Origin: Pirellulales bacterium
GTDB taxonomy: Bacteria > Planctomycetota > Planctomycetia > Pirellulales > JADZDJ01
Reading direction: 5' to 3'
DNA: 64,000 bases
Assembly: GCA_963773875.1 (NCBI GenBank)
Contig: CAVZCV010000003.1
Location: 69,433 to 133,432 of the forward strand
Within the stretch, counting starts at the first letter, position 1. Every line of letters starts with the position of its first letter. The position numbers were made by a program, and so were the translations under genes. A model generated the notes under the pieces. The model searched no databases and was not told where the DNA came from. It saw only the letters and a list, made by a program, of their open reading frames with translations. Positions 19,828 to 30,615 of the stretch are shown one piece after another.

Positions 19828-22158
19828 ATGCGGCAGGTGTTATCTCTAAGTGCGCTAATTGTTCTTTTTGCGGCGGGTGTTGCTTGGACTGATGAACCCG
19901 CAACAAACGCTCCTTACCAGCCAGAGTGGGCCGCACTGGCGCACCCGTGGCAGGATCTAGAAGTGGTAGCGCCACGGCCAGTTACGTTGGCCACGCCGTA
20001 TTACGATTGCCGCATAACGAACTGCTCGACCACCGCCTGCGACTGCGAAGCAGGCTGCCAGCCGACTCAGGCACCCACGGTACAGATTATCGACATGTGT
20101 CCGCCGGGAACGCCGCGCGGATATTCGCCTTCAGCCGATTTTCGCGCACGAGTTCAGGCCGTGACCGGTTGTGTGGTCGCGAGTGATACTCCGGCCGGGC
20201 CGCCGATGCCCAATCTGGTTCTGCCGCATCCGCTGTCGCCACCGTCACAGCCAATTGTCGCATGTCCAAATGGCGTCAATCAGTTTGGCGAAGAAATAGA
20301 GCATGTCCTTGCATGGCGTCAACCTTCGGTCGCGTACGCCAGCGGATTTGCCGAAGTTCCCCAGTGTGATTGTCCGCCGCCGAACTGTGTGCTGCCGCCT
20401 CCGCCGCCATCTTTTGCAGGGCCAGCAGCCGTATATTCACCGCCAGTTTATACCGCAGCGGTGCCCGCGCCATTCGCGCATCCAATGCCATACGTGGTTG
20501 CGGCATCGCCGAGCATGTATCCGCATCGTGTTTCGTTCCCCGCCCCGCCGGCTTACACGCAGTGCAGCCCGGCGAGTTGTGGAGGTCAAGCTCCATGTGC
20601 CTCGTGCTACGGGCCCGGCTGCGACTGCGCGTCGACCGGCACTTATCATCCGCAAGTAATTTACCCTGCCAGCCAATGCGGCGCCGCGACAGCAGGTAAT
20701 TGTTGCGTAGACTGTGCCGACCGAGTCGAACACATATTGGAAGCCGTGCACCACCTCGACGCTGCCGGCCTAACTGCCGACGCCGACCGCCTGCGTCACC
20801 AGTGCGATGCGGAAATGAGAACCGTGGTGGCGAAGCTTCGCGATGCCGAAGTGGAAATCGCTCGCCTGCGACAAGCACATTCCGATACGCCGACGAGTGC
20901 GAGCTTCAATGCCGACACTTGCGGTCATGGCGCGTGCAATACGGGGGAGGTTAAATCAACCGACACAACGCCCTCCACACCGAAGCAAGTGATGGTGAGT
21001 GTGCAATTGATGGAGCTGGACCGCACGAAATGCCGCGAGCTTGGGTTCGATTTTGCCCGACACGACGGCGCGGGTTTTGTGGGCAGCAGCTTAGCCGGAT
21101 TGTTGGAAAAGACGGTTCCGCCTGCCGGCCCAGGCGATACATGTCGCTTCGGAACCGTGGGTAACGATAGCGCCATTTTCCCGTTGATTGAAACTTTAAC
21201 GAAGCAAGGCGCACTTAAGGTTCTTTCTCGTCCGACTGTCATGACGGCAAGCGGACGGCCGGCCTGCTTCGAGTGCGGCAGTGAGATTCCAGTTACAGTG
21301 CCGAGTGACAAGGGAGCCACGGCAGTTGAGTATCGTCGGCTCGGGACGAAAGTCGATTTGGTGCCCATCGTTCGTGACGACGGCAGAATTCGATTGGAAA
21401 TTCGCGCACGCTGGAGCGAACTCGATCATTCAAGAGATCTTGTTGCCAATGACCACGTCATACCGGGCATCAAGGTGCGGGAATTTGATACGGGTGCCGA
21501 GCTGCGATCCGGCGAAACTCTAGTCTTAAGCGGCCCCATCGACCACCGTGACCGATTGTGCGCCGAGGTGCAAGTCCCAGGATTCATTGAGCGGCTTCCT
21601 AGCTGCATTACGGACCTGCCAATGTGCGATTCATTGGTCGATCGACTTTGCCGGCGAGTCGAGGAAGTTCACGTAGACGAAACCGAGTTTCTGGCCATCG
21701 TGCGGCCCGAAATCATTGCGCCGCAGGATCACGCTGCGGCAGCCGTGACCAGTGTAAAGCCGGTCAGTTTGGAACACTGGCTGTCGACAGCAGCCGAATC
21801 ATGCAAATCGAACTGTGCCCAGCCGGCAAGTTGCGATGAAGGCCCAGCGTGCGAGTGCGCCAACTGCGATTGCTCTGCCGAAAAGAATTGTGGCTGCAGC
21901 GCGAACAAACTTAGTTTAGAGCCAGGCTGCTTTGATCAAGGCACGACCATCTTTGCAGTGCCGGTGCCGGAACAGCCGTTTACCGCGAAGATGATTCACG
22001 TCGATCCGGCCGCGTTTACATCGCCGATCGATTGCCCGCAACCATTTTCGTTTGATTTCGATTCCCAATTGCCGTGCCGGCCAGTGCAGTTTGCGCCAAC
22101 CAATTCGTCGCCACAGCGAATCATTCAGCCGGTGGTCGCATCACCATTATCGCCGTGA
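19828..22158 (+). CDS. Secretin-domain (type II/III secretion, pilus secretin-like) outer-membrane protein with Cys-rich N- and C-terminal extensions
   Basis: AGGAGAA RBS. Signal 'MRQVLSLSALIVLFAAGVAW'. Secretin core 'KQGALKVLSRPTVMTASGRPACFECGSEIPV...VDLVPIVRDDGRIRLEI...ETLVLSGPI'. Cys clusters 'CRITNCSTTACDCEAGC' and 'CECANCDCSAEKNCGCS'. Confidence 0.7.
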   Translation: MRQVLSLSALIVLFAAGVAWTDEPATNAPYQPEWAALAHPWQDLEVVAPRPVTLATPYYDCRITNCSTTACDCEAGCQPTQAPTVQIIDMCPPGTPRGYSPSADFRARVQAVTGCVVASDTPAGPPMPNLVLPHPLSPPSQPIVACPNGVNQFGEEIEHVLAWRQPSVAYASGFAEVPQCDCPPPNCVLPPPPPSFAGPAAVYSPPVYTAAVPAPFAHPMPYVVAASPSMYPHRVSFPAPPAYTQCSPASCGGQAPCASCYGPGCDCASTGTYHPQVIYPASQCGAATAGNCCVDCADRVEHILEAVHHLDAAGLTADADRLRHQCDAEMRTVVAKLRDAEVEIARLRQAHSDTPTSASFNADTCGHGACNTGEVKSTDTTPSTPKQVMVSVQLMELDRTKCRELGFDFARHDGAGFVGSSLAGLLEKTVPPAGPGDTCRFGTVGNDSAIFPLIETLTKQGALKVLSRPTVMTASGRPACFECGSEIPVTVPSDKGATAVEYRRLGTKVDLVPIVRDDGRIRLEIRARWSELDHSRDLVANDHVIPGIKVREFDTGAELRSGETLVLSGPIDHRDRLCAEVQVPGFIERLPSCITDLPMCDSLVDRLCRRVEEVHVDETEFLAIVRPEIIAPQDHAAAAVTSVKPVSLEHWLSTAAESCKSNCAQPASCDEGPACECANCDCSAEKNCGCSANKLSLEPGCFDQGTTIFAVPVPEQPFTAKMIHVDPAAFTSPIDCPQPFSFDFDSQLPCRPVQFAPTNSSPQRIIQPVVASPLSP

Positions 22159-22176
22159 TCGTTAAATTGATCGCAG

Positions 22177-24087
22177 TCACTTTTTCGTAAACCGGGCGAT
22201 AAAGCCGCCGCCCTTGGGCATGTCGATCACGACATTGTCGGTCTTCCCAAGATCCGCGTTTTCAACTTTTACGGCTTCCGGGTTCTCCGGCACGTCGCGA
22301 ATCATCAGTGTTTCGTACTTACCATCGCCGAGGAATTTCACCGGCAAACTCAAGTGTCGAGCATCAATGCCGTTTAGAACGGCTAGGAACCATCTGTCGC
22401 CGCTGCGGCGTGCAAACGCAGCAAGCTCGCCAATTTTGGATTCAGGCAGCACGATGGTTTCATCCCATATCGCTGGAATGCTCTTAAGCATTGGGCCGCA
22501 CGGATTGTCGAGCATTATTTGCGGATTGCAGCCGTACGTTAGTAGGGGCGTGGTGAAAACACATGGCACGGCCGCTTGATGAGCCCAAGTAGTGTCGCCG
22601 CGGCGTTCGCCGAATATCACGGGCGTGTATTCCGCGGGGCCAGCGAGGAACCGTGTAAACGGTAGGGTGGTTTCGTGCACCGCACGGCTGGGCACGTTCT
22701 TTGATTCCATGCCGCGAATGGCCTCGCGCGTCATTTCATTGGGCCACGTGCGCTGCTCTCCGGTCGGTTTGTTTGCGCCGTGGAAGTCGAATAGCAATTG
22801 CTGCTCAGCGCCCTCTTTGAGAAGAGCCTGATACAAATCGATGATTTCTTTGGCTTCGTGATCAAAAAAATCGATCTTGAGGCCGACGATGCCCAAATCG
22901 TGGCAGCGCTGGAGCATGTCGTGTCGCACTTTCGGATCGCGCATGTTCTTGGAATTGACCCAGACCCAAATTCCTACTCCACGATCCTTGCCGTAGGCCA
23001 CGAGGTCTTTCAGCTGCTGATCGGTCCATTGCCGCCAGACGCCCTCGATCACGTTGTATTCAAAACTTAATTCGCCGGCCATTCGTGTGAAGGCTTTTTC
23101 GCCTTCATAGCCGCGCTCACCTTCATCGAGGTATCGCCAAACCGCGCGGCCCGGCTTGCACCAAGCTGTATTGATGCCGTCGGGAAATAGTTTTGGATCG
23201 GGCGGCGGACACAAATTCGGCACGATGTCGGAGTTGACGAGCGTATTCAAATCAGCACCCACCAAGATTACGCGCCAGGGCGATTTGATCTCGCCGAAAA
23301 TTGCCGCCGGCTTTTGCATCCTGGGAATGTCATCTTTGTAACGCAGCTCAAAGGGATGCGAGATTGGATGCTTGTCGCCCAGCACTAGTTGAAAACCGCC
23401 GCGTCCGTTTGCTTCGAGTGCCATGCCGGGGTAATTGACTAACGCGGCTTCAGTGATCGAAGCGTAGCCGGCGTCGTCGGGCAGTTTGAATGTCATCGGC
23501 GGCGCGCACCACTGTTTATCAGACACTTCCGCCAGCTCCTGCTGTTTGTACGTGGCCTCGTAGTGGCCGCTGAGATCGTGGTACCAAACCGTGCTGTAGG
23601 CCGGCAGATTGAACATCGTCTGTTCATCGGGCACACGCGATTTGTATTCATCGCCGGGAATGATGTAGCGGAATGCGACGCCATCGTTGAATACGCGCAC
23701 TTCAATCGTAAATGGTTTACCGTCGTTGGCGTGCCTTAGAGAAAGATTCAGCGTGTTGCAGCGATTCGTGGCTTGCGAATGAACACCACGATAGGAATAC
23801 GTTTCATCGATCTGTGAGCGCTCATCCTTGACCATCTCGACGGCGTCGGTTAACGGATTGCCATCCAGCAGCACCACGATTGGCGATTGCTGAATGATCG
23901 GCTTGTCGTGCGAGTGGACCGAATATTGCAACCCGTGTTCATCGGCGGTGATGACACAGTTCACCGAGGCATCGGGGCCAGCCAATACCGCCGACCACTT
24001 TGTTGGTGACGCCGCCCACAGACGCCCAGCCGCAAGTAAAAGAAGTGCCACCAAACCAGCGCGTAGAGTGATCAGAGCTTTCCGCAT
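22177..24087 (-). CDS. Glycoside hydrolase family 97-like (alpha-glucosidase/alpha-galactosidase family)
   Basis: Signal peptide. 'FRYIIPGDEYK' N-domain. TIM-barrel region 'GVGIWVWVN...GLKIDFFDHEAKE...FHGANKPTGEQRTWPNEMTREAIRGME'. Size ~640 aa. Family assignment is from recalled motifs, at medium confidence. Confidence 0.65.
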   Translation of the reverse strand: MRKALITLRAGLVALLLLAAGRLWAASPTKWSAVLAGPDASVNCVITADEHGLQYSVHSHDKPIIQQSPIVVLLDGNPLTDAVEMVKDERSQIDETYSYRGVHSQATNRCNTLNLSLRHANDGKPFTIEVRVFNDGVAFRYIIPGDEYKSRVPDEQTMFNLPAYSTVWYHDLSGHYEATYKQQELAEVSDKQWCAPPMTFKLPDDAGYASITEAALVNYPGMALEANGRGGFQLVLGDKHPISHPFELRYKDDIPRMQKPAAIFGEIKSPWRVILVGADLNTLVNSDIVPNLCPPPDPKLFPDGINTAWCKPGRAVWRYLDEGERGYEGEKAFTRMAGELSFEYNVIEGVWRQWTDQQLKDLVAYGKDRGVGIWVWVNSKNMRDPKVRHDMLQRCHDLGIVGLKIDFFDHEAKEIIDLYQALLKEGAEQQLLFDFHGANKPTGEQRTWPNEMTREAIRGMESKNVPSRAVHETTLPFTRFLAGPAEYTPVIFGERRGDTTWAHQAAVPCVFTTPLLTYGCNPQIMLDNPCGPMLKSIPAIWDETIVLPESKIGELAAFARRSGDRWFLAVLNGIDARHLSLPVKFLGDGKYETLMIRDVPENPEAVKVENADLGKTDNVVIDMPKGGGFIARFTKK

Positions 24088-24207
24088 AACAAAGTCCCCC
24101 ATTAAACTCAGATATTCCCCATCAGAGGAATGATGCACAAGCCGAGAGCAATTTGCAACACGCACCCCTTCTGCTGCGCGGTGCATTTGCGGAATGCGCC
24201 GAGGGCA

Positions 24208-25924
24208 TCACTCGACTTCGAGAATCTCGATTTTTAATTGCCCGATGACTTGCGCTATGGGCAGAAAACTGCTGTAGGCTTGCGCGCCGGCGAGGTTTGA
24301 ATCGGTGAGTTTCAGATGCGCTGCTCCGATGCCGCCGCGACCCAGCGTGGCATCCATCGGCACCCAACGATCGTCGATCCACAGCTGATTCCACATGTGA
24401 TAGACAAAACCTTGTGAAGCCGGCTGATACACGAGCCCAATTGCCACCCGCGCGGGAATGCCGCGTGCGCGGGCTAGGGCCGCCAGCAACACGGAATGTT
24501 CGGTGCAGTCGCCCTCGCGCTCGCGGGCAACCTCGGCAGCAGTGGAAAACGCTTGCGAGAAATTCTTCAGTTTGATGGTGTGTTTTACTAGCGATTCTAA
24601 TTCGCAAGCAATCTTCCACGGATCTTTTTCGCCTGACGCGACGGAATTGGCGAGGGCTACGACCTGCGGGTCATCGCTCTGAATTAAATTGTTTGGCGTT
24701 CGGTCTTCTTCACTTGGCAATCGCAGCGGCTTCGATTGCTCGGTTGCAGCAGACTGTGCAATCTGCTCACTTTTGGATTGCAGCCAGCGATCGCTGAACA
24801 CCGTGATATCCGCGGTGTGGGGATCGAGCGATACGATCTGCTGTAGCCGACCCGTGGCGAACACTTTGGCTGGATAGTCGCCGGTCAGCTGAACCCGATA
24901 CTTGATGCGCCTGGATGCATGTGGATCTACCACTGGCCGCACCACAGGCACTGTGTTGTCGAGAACCAAATCCAGTTTTCGCGGTCCCGATTCTGCGAGC
25001 GCCAATTCTTGCGGCGCGGAATGTTTCCTGGTGCAATGCCGCTAGCGAGGTTTTTAACATTTGACCTTGTCGATCGCACCACAACTGTTGGCGCAGAACC
25101 GGCGGATGATCGTCTGGCACGCTCATCGGCAACGTAGTCAGACTGTCGATTCGGAGCAGATCTTCACTGTGGTCCAAGAGCTGCGTTGGCTCATAGGTTC
25201 CAGCCACCAGGTCGATAATGACCACTTGGTTTGTCGCTGGCATCAAGGCCTTTAACGTTCTGCGGCTTCCTGGCAATAGCGGCGCCGCAGCCAGCGATTG
25301 TTCGGTGGCACTAAAACCCAGCGTGCCGGGCGTCCACGGGAGCGCCTGTTTGGTTGTCTTGCCTTGGGTTTTGGTTTCGACGATCAGTTTGCCCTCCGTT
25401 ATGCGGCCGTTCATCACGGTGCGGCTTGCGCCGGAGTTCATTTCTGTCGTGAAAGAAATTGGTTCGCCGGTCGGCAGCTCCAAACTTCGTGTCGAGATGG
25501 AAATGGCGGTGCGTTGGCCTTCGCGATCGACAACAAGTTTATTTTCGTTATCGATTTGGATTGCCCGCTGGCCATCAACCGTAACGTCGGTCATTGCCGT
25601 ATGCATCCAGCCAATTCTGGTGCCGTAGGCGTAGACTGCCTCCCACCACTGTTTGGGATGGCCCTTGGCGGTAACCGCCGCCGGATCGGTAGCAACGTCG
25701 GCTTGGGTATGCGCGGATTGCGCCACATTCGCAGAAGCTGCACCCGCTGAATTTTCCGTCGGCGTAATCGCCGCCGAATGTGCATCGGCCGGGGTGGTCG
25801 TACTTTGTGCAGGAATTGCCAGCGAAGGAGTTGAGCGGCTACCACAGCCGTATGCTGCAAAGATCAACACCGATGTTGTCGCGAAGCAACCAACTCGCAT
25901 CAAAATCATGTTGTTCAAAATCAT
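24208..25924 (-). CDS. Transglutaminase-like lipoprotein (N-terminal lipoprotein domain plus C-terminal transglutaminase core). Split as two overlapping ORFs, with an indel near 24950-25005
   Basis: N-terminal 'MILNNMILMRVGCFATTSVLIFAAYGC' lipobox-like signal in ORF 24767-26131. C-terminal 'EGDCTEHSVLLAALARARGIPARVAIG...VYHMWNQLWIDDRWVPMDAT' (Cys-His-Asp core) in ORF 24208-25005. Confidence 0.7.
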
Positions 25925-26373
25925 CGTTAGTTGCCTCAAACGGTAAATTGCGGCATAAAAATGTGCGCTTTTTGGCGCTGTACGAATAACCGAATTGAGC
26001 TCAATGGACAACATGGATCTGGCGGCTAGGCCCGCGGGCCAACATAAACTTTCTCCTGTCGTTACAGCTTTACGAAAGCGTGCAACATTTGCAGCGTGTG
26101 GCGTTCTGGAAACACGTCGGTGACCCAACACGGTGGTAAACTATTTGATGACGCCTCGCGACAGTTGGCTTTTCAAGCCAAGGCAGCTTGTTCCGGTCTT
26201 TCCGCCGCAATTCCGTGTTGATTCGGCGAATGTTGCATCGGCCCCGCCATCGGCCTCGGCATCTGTGATCTAAGCTTGGTTGTCTGGCGCTGGCGGCAGC
26301 ACCGACGACCCACGGTTTGAAGCGACCCAGTGCGGGGGCAAGGGGCCGCAAGTTGAAACGAGAAATATCGCCA

Positions 26374-27066
26374 ATGGGCTTTTTGAAACGGATAATCCGA
26401 AACGTTTTTCGCGACGGCGTACCACCACACGTTGCCAGCAGCTTCGAGCGGCTGAGCGAAGAGCAATTGGAAGAGCACCTCAAGGTTTGCCGCTACGGCA
26501 ACTTCGAACTCACCGATGCGGTGCGCCCGTCGTTCGATTTACAAGTGATTCCCAGCCAGGGTTACCGGCACGATTGTTTTTGTGACGATCAAACTCGCGT
26601 GAAGGTTCCGGTCCTGATGGCGGCTGCCTCGAAGAATGAACTGTTCGAAACATTCTTGGAGTTGTTGGATCCGCTGGGAAGCGAAGTCGATGTGGTACTG
26701 GAAACGAGCCATGACCGCGAAAACAACGGCCACCTTGATTTGTATCGAGAACACATCGATTTGCCGGTTTTAAAGAGCACGCTTTACGATTACGAAGATC
26801 TGCTTCTGCACGATGGTTGCACCGGCATTGCCGTGCTGAATCCGAGCGTGCCGCTGGAAGTGCAATTCGACGAGCACAAGCTACTCATCGTCTACGGGCA
26901 AGACTTAAGTCCATTTGAAGATTTATTTCGTGAGCGCGGCGTGCCTTGCAATGACGAGATGAAATTCATCACGGAAGCGGAGCATGTGCATTCCTCGAGC
27001 GATCAGTATCATCGCCAGTTCGAAGAGCTGAAAACGCGATTGGGGATGGATTCGATGTTTGAGTAG
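26374..27066 (+). CDS. Hypothetical acidic protein (DUF-like), no recognised domain
   Basis: ORF with ATG at 26374 ('MGFLKRIIRNVFRDG...'). It has coding-like composition and is followed by a strong hairpin terminator. Confidence 0.55.
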   Translation: MGFLKRIIRNVFRDGVPPHVASSFERLSEEQLEEHLKVCRYGNFELTDAVRPSFDLQVIPSQGYRHDCFCDDQTRVKVPVLMAAASKNELFETFLELLDPLGSEVDVVLETSHDRENNGHLDLYREHIDLPVLKSTLYDYEDLLLHDGCTGIAVLNPSVPLEVQFDEHKLLIVYGQDLSPFEDLFRERGVPCNDEMKFITEAEHVHSSSDQYHRQFEELKTRLGMDSMFE

Positions 27067-27100
27067 CGAGCTGCGGTTCAACACCGCTATATGAGAAAGC

Positions 27101-27127
27101 AAGCCCAGGAGTTCCAGCCCTGGGCTT
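27101..27127. terminator. Bidirectional hairpin terminator between convergent genes
   Basis: AAGCCCAGG-AGTTCCAGC-CCTGGGCTT forms a perfect 9-bp GC-rich stem, flanked by T-containing runs on both strands. Confidence 0.55.
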
Positions 27128-27161
27128 GGTTCATTTGGCGGTGCGTGTCAGGACGTGAGCG

Positions 27162-29372
27162 TCACTCGACATCGTAAATCTGGCCGCCTAGCTCGATCGT
27201 TACCGGTTCATCTTGCGCGAGGTATTTTGCGGCTTCACGGCCATATTTGTCAATCAGCTGAAAGTATTCATCGCTGAAGCGTATGACTTTCACTGCAGCT
27301 TTCTCTTGCTGCTTCTTGTCGGAAACGACGGAATCGACCCAACGCTGGCCCTGTCGATAGAACGCTTTGTCGCCAACTTGCCGCACATTATTGACGACGT
27401 TCACGGCATCGTCTTTGGCGGCTGGCACGCTTCGGTAAGCACCGCTAAGTTGCGGCATAGGTCCACTTTCATCTGCTGCCCGACCCCCAAATCCGAATCC
27501 GCCTCCGCCAGCACCCCGCATGGTGCCGCCATTGGTTGCGATTCCCATGGGCGTGGCTGCGGCCGGCTGTGTGGCGCCTTGATAATCGTGTTTTGCGATC
27601 CGCTGCTCCACGCCTGCTTCCCCTTCCGCTTTTCGATCAAATTCCGCCAGTCGCTCCCGTGCTGTTTCGAGACTCAACGTCACATCGCCGCGTTTCGCAT
27701 TCTCATCCGCCAAGAACGAAGTGTAAGGAGTCATAATTCCGTGCCGGAGCGATAGCGATACGAGCTCTTTTACCAGTTCGTCGTTCTTACCTTTGAGATC
27801 GATTTCATCCAAAATTTCGCCGACGCGCCGTACGGCCCAAAGTTTTTCCACGAAGGCCTGCGATTGATCATCGCTTTTCTCGACGAGCTTCGCGGGAAAA
27901 TCGAACCTCTGTTCCTTGTCGCCAATCTTGCCAGTGATCACGACTTTCGCATCGCCCGGTTTTTTGTAGCGGCCGACAATAACCAGTTGCTCGCCAGCAA
28001 AAAGATCGACAACATCCTTCGGATACACCCGATTGACGGCGGCGCCTTCTTCAGTCTTCGCGCTTTCCACATCGACGGAGAGCTTCACCCCGCTCATCAC
28101 CGGCGCGCCAATGCGGTTGTAAAGCGCCGACACCGCTCTCTCGATATTTTCATTTGGCCGAACGTATTCTGTTAGCCCGAAATTTTCGCGCGCCAGTTTA
28201 TCTAAGAGCCGGCTATTGACGTCATAGCCCACGCCGAAATCGAAAACGCGGGCATGCACTTTATTGTTCATTTTTGCGGCGGCAACGATTTTCGCCTCAT
28301 TCGTTTCGCCGACGGTGGGAATACCGTCGGTTAAGAAAATGACAAAGTTCGGCCGGCTTGCGTCCTGAAGCTGGCCGAGCGCCTTTGACAGTGCGCCGTT
28401 GATATTCGTGCTGCCGCCGGCATAAATGCCCTCGATGAAGCCAAGCGCGGCCTTTCGCGTATCATCACTGAATTTCTGTAACTCCGGTTTCCAACTTTCG
28501 ACTTCACTATCGTAGGCGATGAGATTGAACAGATCACCTTCTTGCAAATGGTTTACCACGAATTTCGCGGCGCCCTTGGCTTGCTCGATCTTGTCGCCGC
28601 TCATGCTGCCGGAACGATCGAGGACTGCCAGCACCGTTTTCTTCGGCCGCTCATCGCCCGCTTCAATCTTCGGACTGGTGAGCAGCATGAAATATCCGTC
28701 TTCATCCGACTTTGGTCGGTAGCTCAACACTTTAGCGCCAACAATGCCTTTGCCAACGTCGTAGAACAGCCGAAAATCTTCCGTGGGCACGGTGTCTTTT
28801 ACCGTATATGAAATGGTTGCGTGCTTATCGTCCGGACGTTTGATTTCTACCGAATGGCTCGGGCTGTAGACATTCTTGATGTCGGTCTCGCTTTCGATCG
28901 ATGCATTGACTTTGATTTCTTCCACCGGGTGCGACGTGTATTTCGCCGTCGACAGCGGGAAAATGAAATCGGTTAGCCCATCCCAATTGCGGCATAACTG
29001 AGAATAGCGCAGCGTCACTTTGCGTTCCGCTCCCGGAGGGACGGGAAACACGCTGGTTTTGAACAGGCCCGTGCCCATCCATTCAAGGAGGGCGGGATCT
29101 TTGTTCTTGCGGACGATCTCTTCGTACATGCGCCTTGCTTCTTTGGCATCGAGCATTTTCGCCGGAAATTCTTTGCCGTCGATCAATAGAGTGAGCTGGT
29201 CGATCGCCCCTTCGTACGGAAGTGGGAACACAAACGAAACTTCCATCGGTCGGCTGCCCGTGTTCACGAACGATTGGCTAACCTGCACCCGCGCAACTTG
29301 GTCGGCGAGCTTCGCGTTGACTTCCAGCGATTTGATTTTGTAGCTGCTTGGTGCCGGCTCCGGATGCGGCAT
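27162..29372 (-). CDS. VIT (vault/inter-alpha-trypsin) domain plus von Willebrand factor A domain protein
   Basis: N-terminal VIT-like 'SLEVNAKLADQVARVQVSQSFVNTGSRPMEVSFVFPLP...LLIDGKEF'. vWA MIDAS 'VLAVLDRSGSMSGDKIEQAKGA...LIAYDSEV...VIFLTDGIPT'. Confidence 0.82.
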   Translation of the reverse strand: MPHPEPAPSSYKIKSLEVNAKLADQVARVQVSQSFVNTGSRPMEVSFVFPLPYEGAIDQLTLLIDGKEFPAKMLDAKEARRMYEEIVRKNKDPALLEWMGTGLFKTSVFPVPPGAERKVTLRYSQLCRNWDGLTDFIFPLSTAKYTSHPVEEIKVNASIESETDIKNVYSPSHSVEIKRPDDKHATISYTVKDTVPTEDFRLFYDVGKGIVGAKVLSYRPKSDEDGYFMLLTSPKIEAGDERPKKTVLAVLDRSGSMSGDKIEQAKGAAKFVVNHLQEGDLFNLIAYDSEVESWKPELQKFSDDTRKAALGFIEGIYAGGSTNINGALSKALGQLQDASRPNFVIFLTDGIPTVGETNEAKIVAAAKMNNKVHARVFDFGVGYDVNSRLLDKLARENFGLTEYVRPNENIERAVSALYNRIGAPVMSGVKLSVDVESAKTEEGAAVNRVYPKDVVDLFAGEQLVIVGRYKKPGDAKVVITGKIGDKEQRFDFPAKLVEKSDDQSQAFVEKLWAVRRVGEILDEIDLKGKNDELVKELVSLSLRHGIMTPYTSFLADENAKRGDVTLSLETARERLAEFDRKAEGEAGVEQRIAKHDYQGATQPAAATPMGIATNGGTMRGAGGGGFGFGGRAADESGPMPQLSGAYRSVPAAKDDAVNVVNNVRQVGDKAFYRQGQRWVDSVVSDKKQQEKAAVKVIRFSDEYFQLIDKYGREAAKYLAQDEPVTIELGGQIYDVE

Positions 29373-29862
29373 CGGGTGCGGGCGTGGCCCGGGATACGGG
29401 AGGCCAAATGATGATTGGCGGCCGGGGCAGAATGACTTGTTCCGTCTCGTTGACGTTGATTAGTACACCTTGGGCCTGCACCCTGGAGGGGAAAGGCAAA
29501 GAAGTTACGAATGGCGAGAATCTTAAGCGCGATGGCCATGCAGCACCTCTGGGGTCACCCATTATGACGCTTCGGGCAGTCGGTTTCTTGGTAACAAGCT
29601 GGCAACTCCGATAGGTAATTGCCGGAAAGCCAAAGTTCTTGCCTTTATGAATTAGATCGCATCACAGCCTTAGAAGTTCCGCACTAGCATTGGCAGGGAT
29701 AATTTGGGCTGACAGCGACGATGGGGAAGCACCGGTTCGCGGCAACTTCTCTTGCAGTCGGCCGGCAATTTCGGGACACTTCCAGGCCATTTCGCCGATC
29801 TTTTCGGTAGCAGGCCATTCGGCCAAACGTTCGTTTATCAAACTCAATCGCGATTCATTTTC

Positions 29863-30615
29863 ATGCCGCGACGGCTTCAATTCGTCGGCATCGTGCTGCT
29901 TTCCGCGCTCACGGGCTGCGGAATGTTCAACCAGTACGGACCAGCTCGCCAGCCTGTGGAACCGCCGCCGACAGCCGTGGTCTTGCCGCCTACAGGCACA
30001 GGACCGATGGTCATTACCGGCCCGCCAGGCAGCGGAATTCCAAGCGTTGGTGGTCCACCCGTGGTCGGACCAACGGGAATCGTAGTGCCCGGATCCGGTT
30101 CAATTGTCGTTCCACAAAGTTCGATCTTCGTGCCGGCAGTAGATCGCGATTACATGTGGGATCAATTGGTTGATGTCGTGGACGATTATTTTCAAATCGA
30201 ACACGAAGATCGCGTCAAGCTCATTGGCAATGAATTGACGCCGGGCCGCATAGATACATTTCCGCTCACCGGCGCCACCCTGCTTGAGCCGTGGCACCGC
30301 GATACCGTGAACTTTTACGAACGGCTGGAAAGTACACTGCAATCGATTCGCCGCTTTGCGAATGTGAACGTGACGCCGGTCGGACAGGGTTATGTCATCG
30401 AGTTAGCGGTGAGCAAGGAACTGGAAGACGTGGCGATGCCGATCAAGGCCTCCGCCGGCGCGGCAACCTTCCGCTACGACACTTCGCTGCAGCGCGACAC
30501 GGAGTTCACGACCGATCCGAACCGAATTCCTGGTGATCCAGCGCGGCCCAATAGCCCCGCGCCCCAACCGCCGGTTGGATTCCACTGCCTCGCGACACGG
30601 CGCTGGAAATGGTGA
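29863..30615 (+). CDS. Lipoprotein with a Pro/Gly/Thr-rich linker, unknown function. An indel near 30560-30600 may extend the true C-terminus to 30737
   Basis: 'MPRRLQFVGIVLLSALTGC' lipobox followed by a 'PPTAVVLPPTGTGPMVITGPPGSG' linker. Frame 0 continues '...TITPPTPAVAVGPTITAPTTPVPQPLPAP*', ending at 30737. Confidence 0.6.
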   Translation: MPRRLQFVGIVLLSALTGCGMFNQYGPARQPVEPPPTAVVLPPTGTGPMVITGPPGSGIPSVGGPPVVGPTGIVVPGSGSIVVPQSSIFVPAVDRDYMWDQLVDVVDDYFQIEHEDRVKLIGNELTPGRIDTFPLTGATLLEPWHRDTVNFYERLESTLQSIRRFANVNVTPVGQGYVIELAVSKELEDVAMPIKASAGAATFRYDTSLQRDTEFTTDPNRIPGDPARPNSPAPQPPVGFHCLATRRWKW

